IMG/VR virus record: IMGVR_UViG_3300021197_001489
Location: 248,001 to 312,000 of that record
Direction: 5' to 3' (one strand)
DNA: 64,000 nt
Shown here: positions 27,579-36,207 of the stretch, piece by piece
Numbering within the stretch: the first letter of the stretch is position 1
How the letters are laid out: each line of letters opens with the position of its first letter
Made by a program: the position numbers and the translations under genes
Notes under the pieces: generated by a model
Databases searched by the model: none
What the model saw: the letters and a program-made list of their open reading frames with translations, nothing else
What the model was told of the DNA's origin: nothing

Positions 27579-27770
27579 ATGCGTCAATCAACTGAACATG
27601 TGTTTCACAACAAGTTTACCAGAATTTCAGACCTCATGCATCGCTATCGTGCAGAAGGTGTAAAAGACGGAGGCAGACCAGCAGCAGAGTACCGTGGTGC
27701 TCGCAGGAATACAGCACGGTTAAGTTATAGAATTGCCAAAAAAGCTGTTAAAGCTGAATATCAAGAATAA
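27579..27770 (+). CDS. Small basic hypothetical protein
   Basis: AAGGAG RBS; 63 aa. Confidence 0.5.
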   Translation: MRQSTEHVFHNKFTRISDLMHRYRAEGVKDGGRPAAEYRGARRNTARLSYRIAKKAVKAEYQE

Positions 27771-27972
27771 ACTGATCACTGGGTTTTGTGTTATCATATT
27801 CGATGCACTTCACCCGCATTAGGCCGTTGCTTAAACCTTTCCACGAACCATCTGTGGTTAGATTAGCGGCGGCTTTTTCACATTTTTGCAACGTATTAAA
27901 TGTCAAAAACTCTGGATGCGGTATCCAAACTCCTGGTGCTGCCAATACAAACACCACTAGTGCGTACATCAC
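27748..27972 (-). CDS. Small two-Cys hydrophobic protein (paralog family)
   Basis: MYALVVFVL...FNTLQKC...VKC. Confidence 0.55.
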   Translation of the reverse strand: MMYALVVFVLAAPGVWIPHPEFLTFNTLQKCEKAAANLTTDGSWKGLSNGLMRVKCIEYDNTKPSDQFILDIQL

Positions 27973-27975
27973 GTG

Positions 27976-28461
27976 TTAGATATTATCTTTGTTTGCAACA
28001 ATACTTCCGTTGCCAAACAAATCAACTGCTTTCCAGCTTAGATAAATCTTGTATCCAGGAACCTTTGGATCAGCATCTCGCATTCCTTCTAAGAAAACTT
28101 TGTCTGACGCAACTTTTGCAGTCTTTACTAGATCGCTATCTTGGGCATCGCCTTTATTCCAACGGTACTGCCTTATAGTTTTGTATAGTAGGTCGTGTAT
28201 TATAGCTGCTCTAGCAACGTCAAATGGTGCAATTAACCACCACATCATCCTTGGCACACTTGCTAAGTCAGTAACGAATCCTGATGGCACTGTAATAGTT
28301 TCAGTTTTGTTGTTTTCTCTTTTAACTTTGACACCTACACCCTTGAGTGCATCAATTTCATCTACTGTAAGTGCAGATGTTGTATAAGATAGATCTCTGC
28401 CAAGTGTCCACTTTCTAGGTGGATTAAACTCAGCCATAATTTTATTATTAAATTGTCCCAT
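27976..28461 (-). CDS. DUF1353-like protein
   Basis: ITVPSGFVTDLASVPR and AAIIHDLLY; TATAAATA on the minus strand just upstream. Confidence 0.8.
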   Translation of the reverse strand: MGQFNNKIMAEFNPPRKWTLGRDLSYTTSALTVDEIDALKGVGVKVKRENNKTETITVPSGFVTDLASVPRMMWWLIAPFDVARAAIIHDLLYKTIRQYRWNKGDAQDSDLVKTAKVASDKVFLEGMRDADPKVPGYKIYLSWKAVDLFGNGSIVANKDNI

Positions 28462-28586
28462 GTATAGCTCCTTGTGGTGTATTTATAAACCAAAATAGCT
28501 ATTTCGGTAAAGCCATTTATAGACTTTTGGTAAAACGATGCTATACTTAAATAGTAAGTAAAACACTTTACCAATTGGAGGCAAAT

Positions 28587-28871
28587 ATGGTAGGGACTTT
28601 TATGTTGCTGTTTAATCTAACAGTAAGCGGACCAAGCGGTGCCGCAGGCGATGAGATCATAAATGTGTACAGCAAAAGATTTGATACACAGATCAAATGC
28701 GAACAGTTTTTAGATGATTATGAATGGCTGATTCGCAGCAAAGGCGTTAGTGCATTTCAAGACATGCTGAAAAAAGGTTACAGTGTAAAACTAAACAGTG
28801 TAACCTGTGATACACCAGCGGAAGCAGCAAGTGTGTCTAAAGCAATTACTCAAAACATGGGTCGTGGATAA
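28587..28871 (+). CDS. Small two-Cys protein (paralog family)
   Basis: FMLLFNL...FDTQIKC...VTC. Confidence 0.5.
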   Translation: MVGTFMLLFNLTVSGPSGAAGDEIINVYSKRFDTQIKCEQFLDDYEWLIRSKGVSAFQDMLKKGYSVKLNSVTCDTPAEAASVSKAITQNMGRG

Positions 28872-29671
28872 TGAAACGTTTACTACAAACTGTTGCAATG
28901 ATGTCTTGTTTAAGCTCGCCAGTTGCAGCTGAGCAGTGGGACGGAACTTGGCCGCCCCCAGAAGTGATTCGCACTGAAGATCTGATTCTTGGCGGACTGC
29001 TTATGAACTTTCTTGATCAGTTCAACGAAGAGAAAAAGTTTGAAAAACAGCGCAGGCAACCAATATACACTGCACCTGATGCAAACAATCTCAATACCAG
29101 TGGTATGAACACAGCATACAACAGCTACAAACAGCAAGCAAATGCTGGCGATGAACAGATAAAAGGATTGCTTTCTGGTTATCCGCACCGTGCATACAGA
29201 GTAAGCATGCGAAATGCTACCTACAACATGCAGAACCGTGACATGATTGTGAATGTAAACTTTGTTGTAAGTTGGAACCCTAGCTTTTTAGCCGAACTAA
29301 ACCACACACTGTTGCAAACTGGCACCAATACTGCTAGTCCAACACACTGGGCATTTGTTAACACTTCGCACAGTCAAGACAGAACGGGCAAGAAATATCG
29401 GTTCGATCAAACACGCGGTGACTTGTTGATTAATACACTGTATCGGGCAGGCCCTCAAATACAGGTGCTAGCAGGCGGAAGAAGTCTGGGTTGCTGGGAT
29501 ATTCCTGAGCTTAGTGGACGTTCAAACAGTGCCACAGGTATGGTACAAACGACCCGTAACGGAGTAACATTTAAGACTTGGATGGAGTTACAGAGCAGTA
29601 TCAGTTTTGCAGTGCAAACGCCACCTGATAATGTTCAATTGAGAGTTGTGAACCAGAACTTATGCCTCTAG
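28871..29671 (+). CDS. Secreted hypothetical protein
   Basis: Signal peptide MKRLLQTVAMMSCLSSPVAA. Confidence 0.6.
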   Translation: MKRLLQTVAMMSCLSSPVAAEQWDGTWPPPEVIRTEDLILGGLLMNFLDQFNEEKKFEKQRRQPIYTAPDANNLNTSGMNTAYNSYKQQANAGDEQIKGLLSGYPHRAYRVSMRNATYNMQNRDMIVNVNFVVSWNPSFLAELNHTLLQTGTNTASPTHWAFVNTSHSQDRTGKKYRFDQTRGDLLINTLYRAGPQIQVLAGGRSLGCWDIPELSGRSNSATGMVQTTRNGVTFKTWMELQSSISFAVQTPPDNVQLRVVNQNLCL

Positions 29672-31203
29672 GTTCTGCGTTCACGGCCTAAGGCCTTGCT
29701 ATCAAGGTCTCCACCACGAGGCTGAGCTTTGACATCACTTGTTTGTGTGCCGGGCTCAGCCTTTTTCACTGGCTGATTATCAGGAATGTCTGTACTAATA
29801 TCGGCAATCTCTGTTTCTTCATCAGTTGCGCCATTTTTAAGAACTTTGAATACCAAGTTGCCTTTGCCTTGCGTACTCATATAACTCTTAGCAGCACTCA
29901 TTAACACACCACTGACAGTTTTGCTTGGATACACACACTGGAATGGTTTTACATTAATAGTATCTTCGGTGTTTGTGCTAAGTGTGTACATCTGTACCAA
30001 TGCACTGTGATTCAGTATATCACTGGCTGCTTCACTGAAGTTGGTATCGTCATTTACTATATCGCATATAGGATATGCAATTGCACTTAGCATATGTTCA
30101 ATTGGAATAATTCTAGTCATGTCACGTGCTTTGCGTCCATTGTATAGTTCTTGAAGTTTGTCACTTTTAAGCACACTCATTACGTCATCATCTGGACCTA
30201 GGCCTTTTAGTTCTTTGACTTGCGTTTTTTCATCAGGGGTAATAAATCCAAATGCAATACCAAGATTCAATGGTCCATCAGTGTGACCACCATTTTTGAT
30301 TATTTCCATTATGCTAATCGCTTCTTGATATTTTTCTACTAGACGTTTGCCTTCTGGAGCCTCGCGTAAATCTTGCACACTTTTAAGCAAGTTGATAACA
30401 CTGGCCATTGCTCCTGCTTGAGCTTTTGAAGATATTTTTATTTGCTTCCCATCTGGATTGATTAGCAAACTGTCAAACAATCCATCTGTGGTACCGGCAT
30501 TGAAACTGATAACACAACTACTATAGCCTGATCCACTGAAGAAAATATCTTCAGCTTCAGCAGCATTGCCGTCTGTGTTCTTGCCCAGGATCAATGCCAT
30601 TGGCTGAAGCATTTCACAAAAGTAATTTGAAAATGCTTCTGGATTCATATTGCCTCTTGGGATCTCCATTGGAAAGTCATTGGCCATAAAGTAATCTGTA
30701 GCAGCAACTTCGTCTGAATCTTCGCCAAACTTGGCAACAATCTGTTTGCGTATACTGTCTGGTGTTTGACTTTGTAAATCTGTGAGTATTTCAGTTGGCT
30801 TGTAACCCGAGTTTTCTTTGACAGCAGCTTTGCTTTGGTACTTGAAGCCACCAGGTAAATCGTTAGGGAATCTGTTTAGTGATCTGTTTGGATTAATCTT
30901 TTGAAACCATCTACCAACTACAAAGTCCTTGCCTGCTGCGTCTACAAAACGTGCCAGTCCAAATGCTTTGTTTGAACCTTGACTGTTTGCCCATTGTATC
31001 TCTGTGTCAGAAATCCCCAACTGTGCAGTCAAATCCAGCAGTGCAGCGTTCATTGCGTCTGCGTCCTCATAACCGTCTTTTTCTGGAAAAAAGTCTAAAC
31101 TTTGAAAGGTTAATACGTCACCTTCAGGATTAGCAAATTTTTCGCCCGGTTTACGGTTCGCTAGACCCACTCCTTCAGCAATGATTTCTACATATTCTCT
31201 CAT
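29668..31203 (-). CDS. Hypothetical protein
   Basis: 511-aa ORF; GAGG RBS; GATAAGTA late-type promoter upstream on the minus strand. Confidence 0.65.
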   Translation of the reverse strand: MREYVEIIAEGVGLANRKPGEKFANPEGDVLTFQSLDFFPEKDGYEDADAMNAALLDLTAQLGISDTEIQWANSQGSNKAFGLARFVDAAGKDFVVGRWFQKINPNRSLNRFPNDLPGGFKYQSKAAVKENSGYKPTEILTDLQSQTPDSIRKQIVAKFGEDSDEVAATDYFMANDFPMEIPRGNMNPEAFSNYFCEMLQPMALILGKNTDGNAAEAEDIFFSGSGYSSCVISFNAGTTDGLFDSLLINPDGKQIKISSKAQAGAMASVINLLKSVQDLREAPEGKRLVEKYQEAISIMEIIKNGGHTDGPLNLGIAFGFITPDEKTQVKELKGLGPDDDVMSVLKSDKLQELYNGRKARDMTRIIPIEHMLSAIAYPICDIVNDDTNFSEAASDILNHSALVQMYTLSTNTEDTINVKPFQCVYPSKTVSGVLMSAAKSYMSTQGKGNLVFKVLKNGATDEETEIADISTDIPDNQPVKKAEPGTQTSDVKAQPRGGDLDSKALGRERRT

Positions 31204-31329
31204 GGATACCTCAATTTTCTTAGTGTCGTATTACTTATCAAAAAACTCGTTATAATGCATAGATCTCCGACTCTAAATAATATACTGGCCGAGCAGTTAT
31301 AGGTCAGTTTAACAAAAGGAGGTTTCCAA

Positions 31330-31563
31330 ATGGATATCTTAAAATCAATCCAAGGATGGGCAAGTGCTCTAACAGAAGTGGCAGTATCGTTACTTGCTTT
31401 AGGCATTACACTTGAAGTCTTAGTAGGCGGAAAGAATGTACCATTCTGGCCAGACATTACAATTATAGGTAATGTAACTGACATCATCACAGCATTGTCA
31501 GCCCAGGGACTAGTAGGTCTAGTTGCTGTTTGGGTACTATATTCAATTTACAACAAAAAGTAA
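31330..31563 (+). CDS. Small two-TM membrane protein
   Basis: AAGGAGG RBS; two hydrophobic helices. Confidence 0.7.
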   Translation: MDILKSIQGWASALTEVAVSLLALGITLEVLVGGKNVPFWPDITIIGNVTDIITALSAQGLVGLVAVWVLYSIYNKK

Positions 31564-31586
31564 TCTATTATAGCTACTCTCTTAAG

Positions 31587-31635
31587 GAGTAGTGAGACCT
31601 ATTCTTGCGGATCCGGTTTCACTACTCTTTTTTTT
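31587..31635. terminator. Terminator between convergent genes
   Basis: GAGTAGTGAGACC...GGTTTCACTACTC followed by a T run. Confidence 0.8.
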
Positions 31636-31636
31636 A

Positions 31637-31807
31637 TTAACGGCAACTGAATCCGTTTACTTCTGCAGTTAAACGCTTCTCAAGTTCTGCTACTGTGTAA
31701 CTTGCTTCACGGTACTTTAGTGGCTGTCCCATCGGGACGCCGGCCCACGAGCCAGTTTTTGCATTTGTAAAGTTCATTTTAAAAATATTCTTAAGCAGTT
31801 TAGTCAT
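31637..31807 (-). CDS. Small hypothetical protein (56 aa, not in ORF track)
   Basis: GGAG RBS; MTKLLKNIFKMNF...NGFSCR. Confidence 0.5.
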   Translation of the reverse strand: MTKLLKNIFKMNFTNAKTGSWAGVPMGQPLKYREASYTVAELEKRLTAEVNGFSCR

Positions 31808-31855
31808 TGTTTTTCTCCATGATAATTTTTTGCAATCTGCTGATTGTTTTCGGAT

Positions 31856-32029
31856 TCATTTTGTATCTCCCATCATTAAATTTCTTGCTTCTTGGTAATA
31901 ACCCATTTGTGCTAGTGCGCTTGCAGCTCTTGCTCTGCCTATACTTTCAGTTATTTCCATACATTTTTCCAGTGTGTTTTCTACTGCATCACAAAATGTG
32001 CAGTATGTTTGTGTTAATACATGTGCCAT
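31856..32029 (-). CDS. Small hypothetical protein (57 aa, not in ORF track)
   Basis: MAHVLTQTYCTFC...GRARAASALAQMGYYQEARNLM; TAATG coupling. Confidence 0.6.
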   Translation of the reverse strand: MAHVLTQTYCTFCDAVENTLEKCMEITESIGRARAASALAQMGYYQEARNLMMGDTK

Positions 32030-32205
32030 TAATAATTAATTCCTTTAATTGGTGTTTTGCCTGTTGACATTAGGTGTTGGTATGCCCATTCCCAGTCAGC
32101 GCCATATTCTGTTTTTGCCCAGCATAACATTTGCTGGTCATATTGTTGTCTATTGCGTGATCCAAAAACCACACGTAGACTTGCAAATAACTTTTCAGTC
32201 ATCAT
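32029..32205 (-). CDS. Small hypothetical protein (58 aa, not in ORF track)
   Basis: AAGGAG RBS; ...MLCWAKTEYGADWEWAYQHLM... Confidence 0.6.
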   Translation of the reverse strand: MMTEKLFASLRVVFGSRNRQQYDQQMLCWAKTEYGADWEWAYQHLMSTGKTPIKGINY

Positions 32206-32225
32206 CTTTCTCCTTGATGTAATTT

Positions 32226-32358
32226 TTGCTTGAGGAAAGCAATACCGCGGTCTTTTCCGCCGTCAGTAGTCTTTGCTACCGTCATCTGCTTTTAAGGCGC
32301 GAGCCGCCCTAGTCTTTCCCAGTGCCACTCATTTTTTCGGAGCTGAGGTCGCTCTTTT
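32226..32358 (-). ncRNA. Candidate structured ncRNA or leader with three NAAAGA-loop hairpins
   Basis: GC-rich non-coding tract behind GATAAATA; hairpins CTGG-GAAAGA-CTAG, CGGTAG-CAAAGA-CTACTG, GCGG-AAAAGA-CCGC, TTGCTT-TCCTC-AAGCAA. Confidence 0.6.
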
Positions 32359-32454
32359 AATAAACTTATTTATCGAATAGTACAGCGATGCTTACGTTTT
32401 TTCGCGGTTCTGCGTTAAAATAACGCAGGTTTTTGCAACCAAAAGGCATTTTCT

Positions 32455-32508
32455 GGTTGACCTTTGATCTATATGTGTTATACTGTATGTACAGTTAGAA
32501 ACAAGGAG
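32455..32508 (+). promoter_or_regulatory. Early promoter with conserved leader (copy 1)
   Basis: ggTTGACC-17-TATACT then gtatgtacagttagaaacaaggag. Confidence 0.85.
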
Positions 32509-32514
32509 AAGCAA

Positions 32515-32763
32515 ATGATTAATTATATTGGTGCAAAAAACGGCGGTATTGAAATGTCAGACAGCAACAGTGTTGTTGGATTTTCTGATACTGCACAAGG
32601 CATTGCAAATATCATTTGCAAATACGGCTTGGATCGCAATGTGTATGGTAGTTCAACCATGGACTTTGCTGACGAAGAAGGCTTTGATCACTATGATGGC
32701 GCAAAGAATCTATGGGATCAAGCAGTTGATATCTATAACTGGAACGTAAACAAAGTAGCATAA
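32515..32763 (+). CDS. Early hypothetical protein
   Basis: ATG after the leader RBS AAGGAG. Confidence 0.6.
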   Translation: MINYIGAKNGGIEMSDSNSVVGFSDTAQGIANIICKYGLDRNVYGSSTMDFADEEGFDHYDGAKNLWDQAVDIYNWNVNKVA

Positions 32764-33235
32764 GGAGTCGATATGTTTGTTGAATATATGGTTACCATGA
32801 TTGGCGGTTCAGCATTGATTTGTTCGCTTGATTATTTCACCGGAGCATTTGGAGTGATAGTATGAATGAAATTCTAAAAGATATCGAAACACTTTCTGTA
32901 ATCAAAGAAGCAGTCCAACTAGGTGCTGACAAGGAACAGATTATCAAAGTGTTGGAAAGCAGTATCCGCTGTAAAGAATTTGAAATTGCAAATTTTGAAC
33001 ATCAGCTAGAGATGGAGTTTGAAAATGGGTCGCACTAGACAGGAATGCATTGAGCAGTTGGAAGAACTGGAAACCTGGATGGATGAAATGTTTTCGCAGG
33101 TTGAGCGCAAAGTTGAATGGTCAATGAGTGACTACATGAACAGTGAAGATGCAAAGTCACTGTGTTCTCCGTTTTACTCAGGATTGAATCACTTGGGCAT
33201 GAAGATTACTGAACTACGCCAGCAAGTGCAAGTAA

Positions 33236-33463
33236 ATGGATAGTGTGCTAAAATGGGTTGCCACTAGTATACTGTGTGTAGGCAGTTACATTGTGAGTGC
33301 GCATCCCGAAGCATACCCACTGGGTCCACTTGTGTTGTTCACTGGTGGACTTGTGTGGCTTGTGGTTAGTGTAATGTGGCGTGAACGTGCGCTTATTATC
33401 ACCAATGGTGTTATGTGCAGCATTACTGTATTTGGATTGGCCAAATACTACGGTTACATTTAA
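33236..33463 (+). CDS. Small multi-TM membrane protein
   Basis: Three hydrophobic helices. Confidence 0.6.
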   Translation: MDSVLKWVATSILCVGSYIVSAHPEAYPLGPLVLFTGGLVWLVVSVMWRERALIITNGVMCSITVFGLAKYYGYI

Positions 33464-33473
33464 CCAAAAACAA

Positions 33474-33502
33474 TTGACGAGCTCTTCGATGTACTGTAAA
33501 CT
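33474..33502 (+). promoter_or_regulatory. sigma70-type promoter in front of a non-coding hairpin region
   Basis: TTGACG-17 bp-TAAACT. Confidence 0.6.
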
Positions 33503-33508
33503 GTATAC

Positions 33509-33616
33509 ATTGTTCGAAATAGGCTTTCTAGTAGATCGGACATTGAGTCGCTGTCAATTCCCAAAGACACCTCAAGGAGGGCATGCTGCGGGAGTGTGCC
33601 TTCCTTCTTTGGGAAT
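33509..33616 (+). ncRNA. Candidate ~110-nt small RNA with a long bulged hairpin
   Basis: ATTCCCAAAG/CTTTGGGAAT (10 bp) and AAGGAGGGCAT/GTGCCTTCCTT (11 bp) helices separated by a one-sided ACACCTC bulge. Confidence 0.55.
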
Positions 33617-33642
33617 AAGTATTTAAAATAAAGGAATAGTAA

Positions 33643-33981
33643 ATGGAATATACATTGTTTGAAACCATAGCAATCACTGGATTGGTGTTTACTTTGTACC
33701 TTCTGTACAAATGGTATCGCCATGCAGTACAACGTAACAAACATGCCGAAGCAGCCTTCAAAGAATTTGTTGAGCGCATTGTGCTTTGTAAAGTTGAGCA
33801 TGAAGACGGTGTATTTTATCTTTACAATGGCTTGAACAACGAATTTGTTACACAAGGTAAAACCAGTGCAGAAATTGAAAAGTTTATTAACAGCCACGAC
33901 AACAAGTTTTTTATGAACTGGGGTTTTGATGAAGAAATTGTTGAACAAGTTAAACGCATGGAAGCAGAATTTATTAAATGA
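33643..33981 (+). CDS. Hypothetical protein with N-terminal TM
   Basis: AAGGA RBS; N-terminal TM helix. Confidence 0.6.
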   Translation: MEYTLFETIAITGLVFTLYLLYKWYRHAVQRNKHAEAAFKEFVERIVLCKVEHEDGVFYLYNGLNNEFVTQGKTSAEIEKFINSHDNKFFMNWGFDEEIVEQVKRMEAEFIK

Positions 33982-34661
33982 TATTGTGTGTTGGTGATAG
34001 TTTTACCTATGGAAATGAGCTAGACGATCGCAATGACGCTTGGCCAAGTGTGCTTGATTCTATAACAGATTGTGCAGTTGTTCGTGTTGCCCGTCCAGGT
34101 GCAACCAATAGCTGGATTGCCAATAAAGTTGTGCAAAAAAGCATAGCATTAAAACCAGAAACAGTTATTGTTGCCTGGTCTAGCTCTGACCGATACGAGT
34201 TTTTTCTCAAAGAAGGTCATGAAAGTGAATGCTTCAACATAAATGACGGTAACAATATACCTTTTATTAAACAGTTATACTCAGAATATCACAATAGGAC
34301 TGGCAAGTTTATTGAATGGATTTTCCAAGCAATACTTGTACAAAACTTTTTAGAAAATTGTGGGATAAAATACCTGTTTGTAAATGCATTTGCAATTGAT
34401 GATATAATCGAGCAGAACAAAGGTAATCCTTATTTCAAAGAAATATTTTCCTATTTAAACACAGAACATTTTGTTGGCTGGCCCAATGAAAATTTTATCA
34501 CCTGGACCGCTGGTTTGCCATTGGGTCCAAAAGGTCATTTTCTAGAACAAGGACACCGAGTGGTTGCAGAAAAACTGCATTACCATCTTGGAGATATGCT
34601 AAAAGGAGAACAATATGCAAAGAGAAAGTCACTGGCAATACATGAAGCGTCGGATGCGTGA
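33978..34661 (+). CDS. SGNH/GDSL-hydrolase-like protein
   Basis: CVGDSFTYG, ARPGATN, C-terminal KGHFLEQGH. Confidence 0.7.
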   Translation: MILCVGDSFTYGNELDDRNDAWPSVLDSITDCAVVRVARPGATNSWIANKVVQKSIALKPETVIVAWSSSDRYEFFLKEGHESECFNINDGNNIPFIKQLYSEYHNRTGKFIEWIFQAILVQNFLENCGIKYLFVNAFAIDDIIEQNKGNPYFKEIFSYLNTEHFVGWPNENFITWTAGLPLGPKGHFLEQGHRVVAEKLHYHLGDMLKGEQYAKRKSLAIHEASDA

Positions 34662-35111
34662 AGACACTGATAAACAGGGAATCTGTCCTGTAATGTCTCC
34701 GTGGGAAGCAGCAAGACGTATTCGCGCAATGGACCAACGTATTATAGAATTGGAGAATGCAGTTGCAGAGCTATGCGGAAGACAGCCTGAAAACAACAAT
34801 AAAGACTGATTTAGCATTTCAGTTAACTATGATATTGGCAAGTTGTATGATTGTGTTTACAACCACTAGTCTGGGTATGATTATTGGCGGCGGCAGCTGT
34901 CTTTATGCATTCCTTGCTTTTATTTTTGCGCCAAGATGATGAACGATTTAAAACCCTATGATTATGTAGTTGTTTCAGTGACTGCGTGGATGATAATGAA
35001 CCATGTAAAAGTCATACTGATGTACGGACAAAATGGCTTGTTGACTGGCGCAGTAGGTATTTGGTTGTTTTGGACTATATTTAATTTGTATTCTAATTGG
35101 AGGGCGCGATA

Positions 35112-35549
35112 GTGTTTGATTTATTTAAAAAAAGCAAACCAGCAGGCTTGTACTTTGCCTACGGTGCTAACATGTGCAAACGCAGTATGAGGCACCGTTG
35201 CCCAAATGCTAAACCAGTAAAAGCATTTTATTTGATTGGTTGGCGCTTGATGTTTAGCAACCATGCTACCATTGTTCCTGCAGCTCATAGCGCAGTGCCT
35301 GGATGTTTGTGGAGCATTACAGAAGACTGTGAAAAATCACTGGATGGTTTTGAGGGCTTTCCAGGGTATTATAGCAAAATTTGGTTGACACAACACGGTG
35401 AATCATTTATGGTATATGAAATGAACCCGCCACTGAATCCCAAGTATACACCAGATAACAGTTATGTTAATCTATTACAAGAAGGCTACAACGACTGGGA
35501 TCTTGATCCACAGTACCTGGATGACGCATTATACTATGAGCTCGGATAA
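35112..35549 (+). CDS. Gamma-glutamylcyclotransferase (AIG2-like)
   Basis: YFAYGANM, VPGCLW, LDGFEG..YY. Confidence 0.85.
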   Translation: MFDLFKKSKPAGLYFAYGANMCKRSMRHRCPNAKPVKAFYLIGWRLMFSNHATIVPAAHSAVPGCLWSITEDCEKSLDGFEGFPGYYSKIWLTQHGESFMVYEMNPPLNPKYTPDNSYVNLLQEGYNDWDLDPQYLDDALYYELG

Positions 35550-35787
35550 CACACTGTACAGTGAGTACATGAATCTTATTAAAACTGGAGAAGGTTTTTC
35601 GCATGCTATTGCCATTGAACGCAACAGCGGCGAAGTTGATTCGGTGATTTTGTGGTGCAAAACAAACTTTGAAGACACTTGGCGTTGGCAAATTTGTCGC
35701 AGTAGTTCGCCAAGGCAACCTGGGCACTACACATTTTTCTTTAATAATAATTCAGATTACATGGCTTTTGTGTTAAAATATGGTTGA
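35536..35787 (+). CDS. Hypothetical protein
   Basis: Overlaps the GGCT stop; W-rich. Confidence 0.5.
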   Translation: MSSDNTLYSEYMNLIKTGEGFSHAIAIERNSGEVDSVILWCKTNFEDTWRWQICRSSSPRQPGHYTFFFNNNSDYMAFVLKYG

Positions 35788-35837
35788 CCTTTTTGTAAAT
35801 ATCGGTTATACTATATATAACAGTTAGAAAAAAGGAG
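35782..35837 (+). promoter_or_regulatory. Early promoter with variant leader
   Basis: ggTTGACC...TATACT atatataacagttagaaaaaaggag. Confidence 0.8.
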
Positions 35838-35843
35838 AATGAT

Positions 35844-36050
35844 ATGGGAATGAGCTCATATGTTATGGATTGCGAAGAACAATTTATTGAAGCAGTAAGT
35901 GTTCGAATTGGGGACTGCGAACAGATTGAAGAACTTTATGAAGCACTAGTTAAAGATCGCTGCTTTCTTTATCTTAAGCATATGTGCGGTGCCGAACGCC
36001 AAGAATTAATTAGTGAACTTTGGGAAGAGTTTTGGTCTCGCTATGTCTAA
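35844..36050 (+). CDS. Early hypothetical protein
   Basis: Directly follows the promoter and RBS. Confidence 0.6.
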   Translation: MGMSSYVMDCEEQFIEAVSVRIGDCEQIEELYEALVKDRCFLYLKHMCGAERQELISELWEEFWSRYV

Positions 36051-36207
36051 GCACACCAAATATAAACATCCAGGAGGAGATAGTCCAGTGCAGTATGAAG
36101 CAAATTCACCATTGATGCAGGAAATGAAAAAACCGCCATTAAAATTTGTCAAAAATCAAAGTTATGGACTGAAAGCAATTAAGCGTAACACGCAGATTAG
36201 AAATCAA

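Noticed and set aside
31200-31490. 96-aa minus-strand ORF
   Set aside because: It overlaps the 31330 gene, which has a perfect AAGGAGG RBS, and crosses a divergent promoter region.
32260-32295. Resemblance of CAGAUGA-stem to a hammerhead ribozyme core, and of ACUGGGAAAG to cobalamin or c-di-GMP riboswitches
   Set aside because: The required CUGAUGA and GAAA core and the other conserved riboswitch elements are absent; kept only as an unassigned structured RNA.
33460-33948. 162-aa minus-strand ORF spanning the hairpin region
   Set aside because: It overlaps a + strand gene with a good RBS and a + strand promoter; the translation has no recognisable features.
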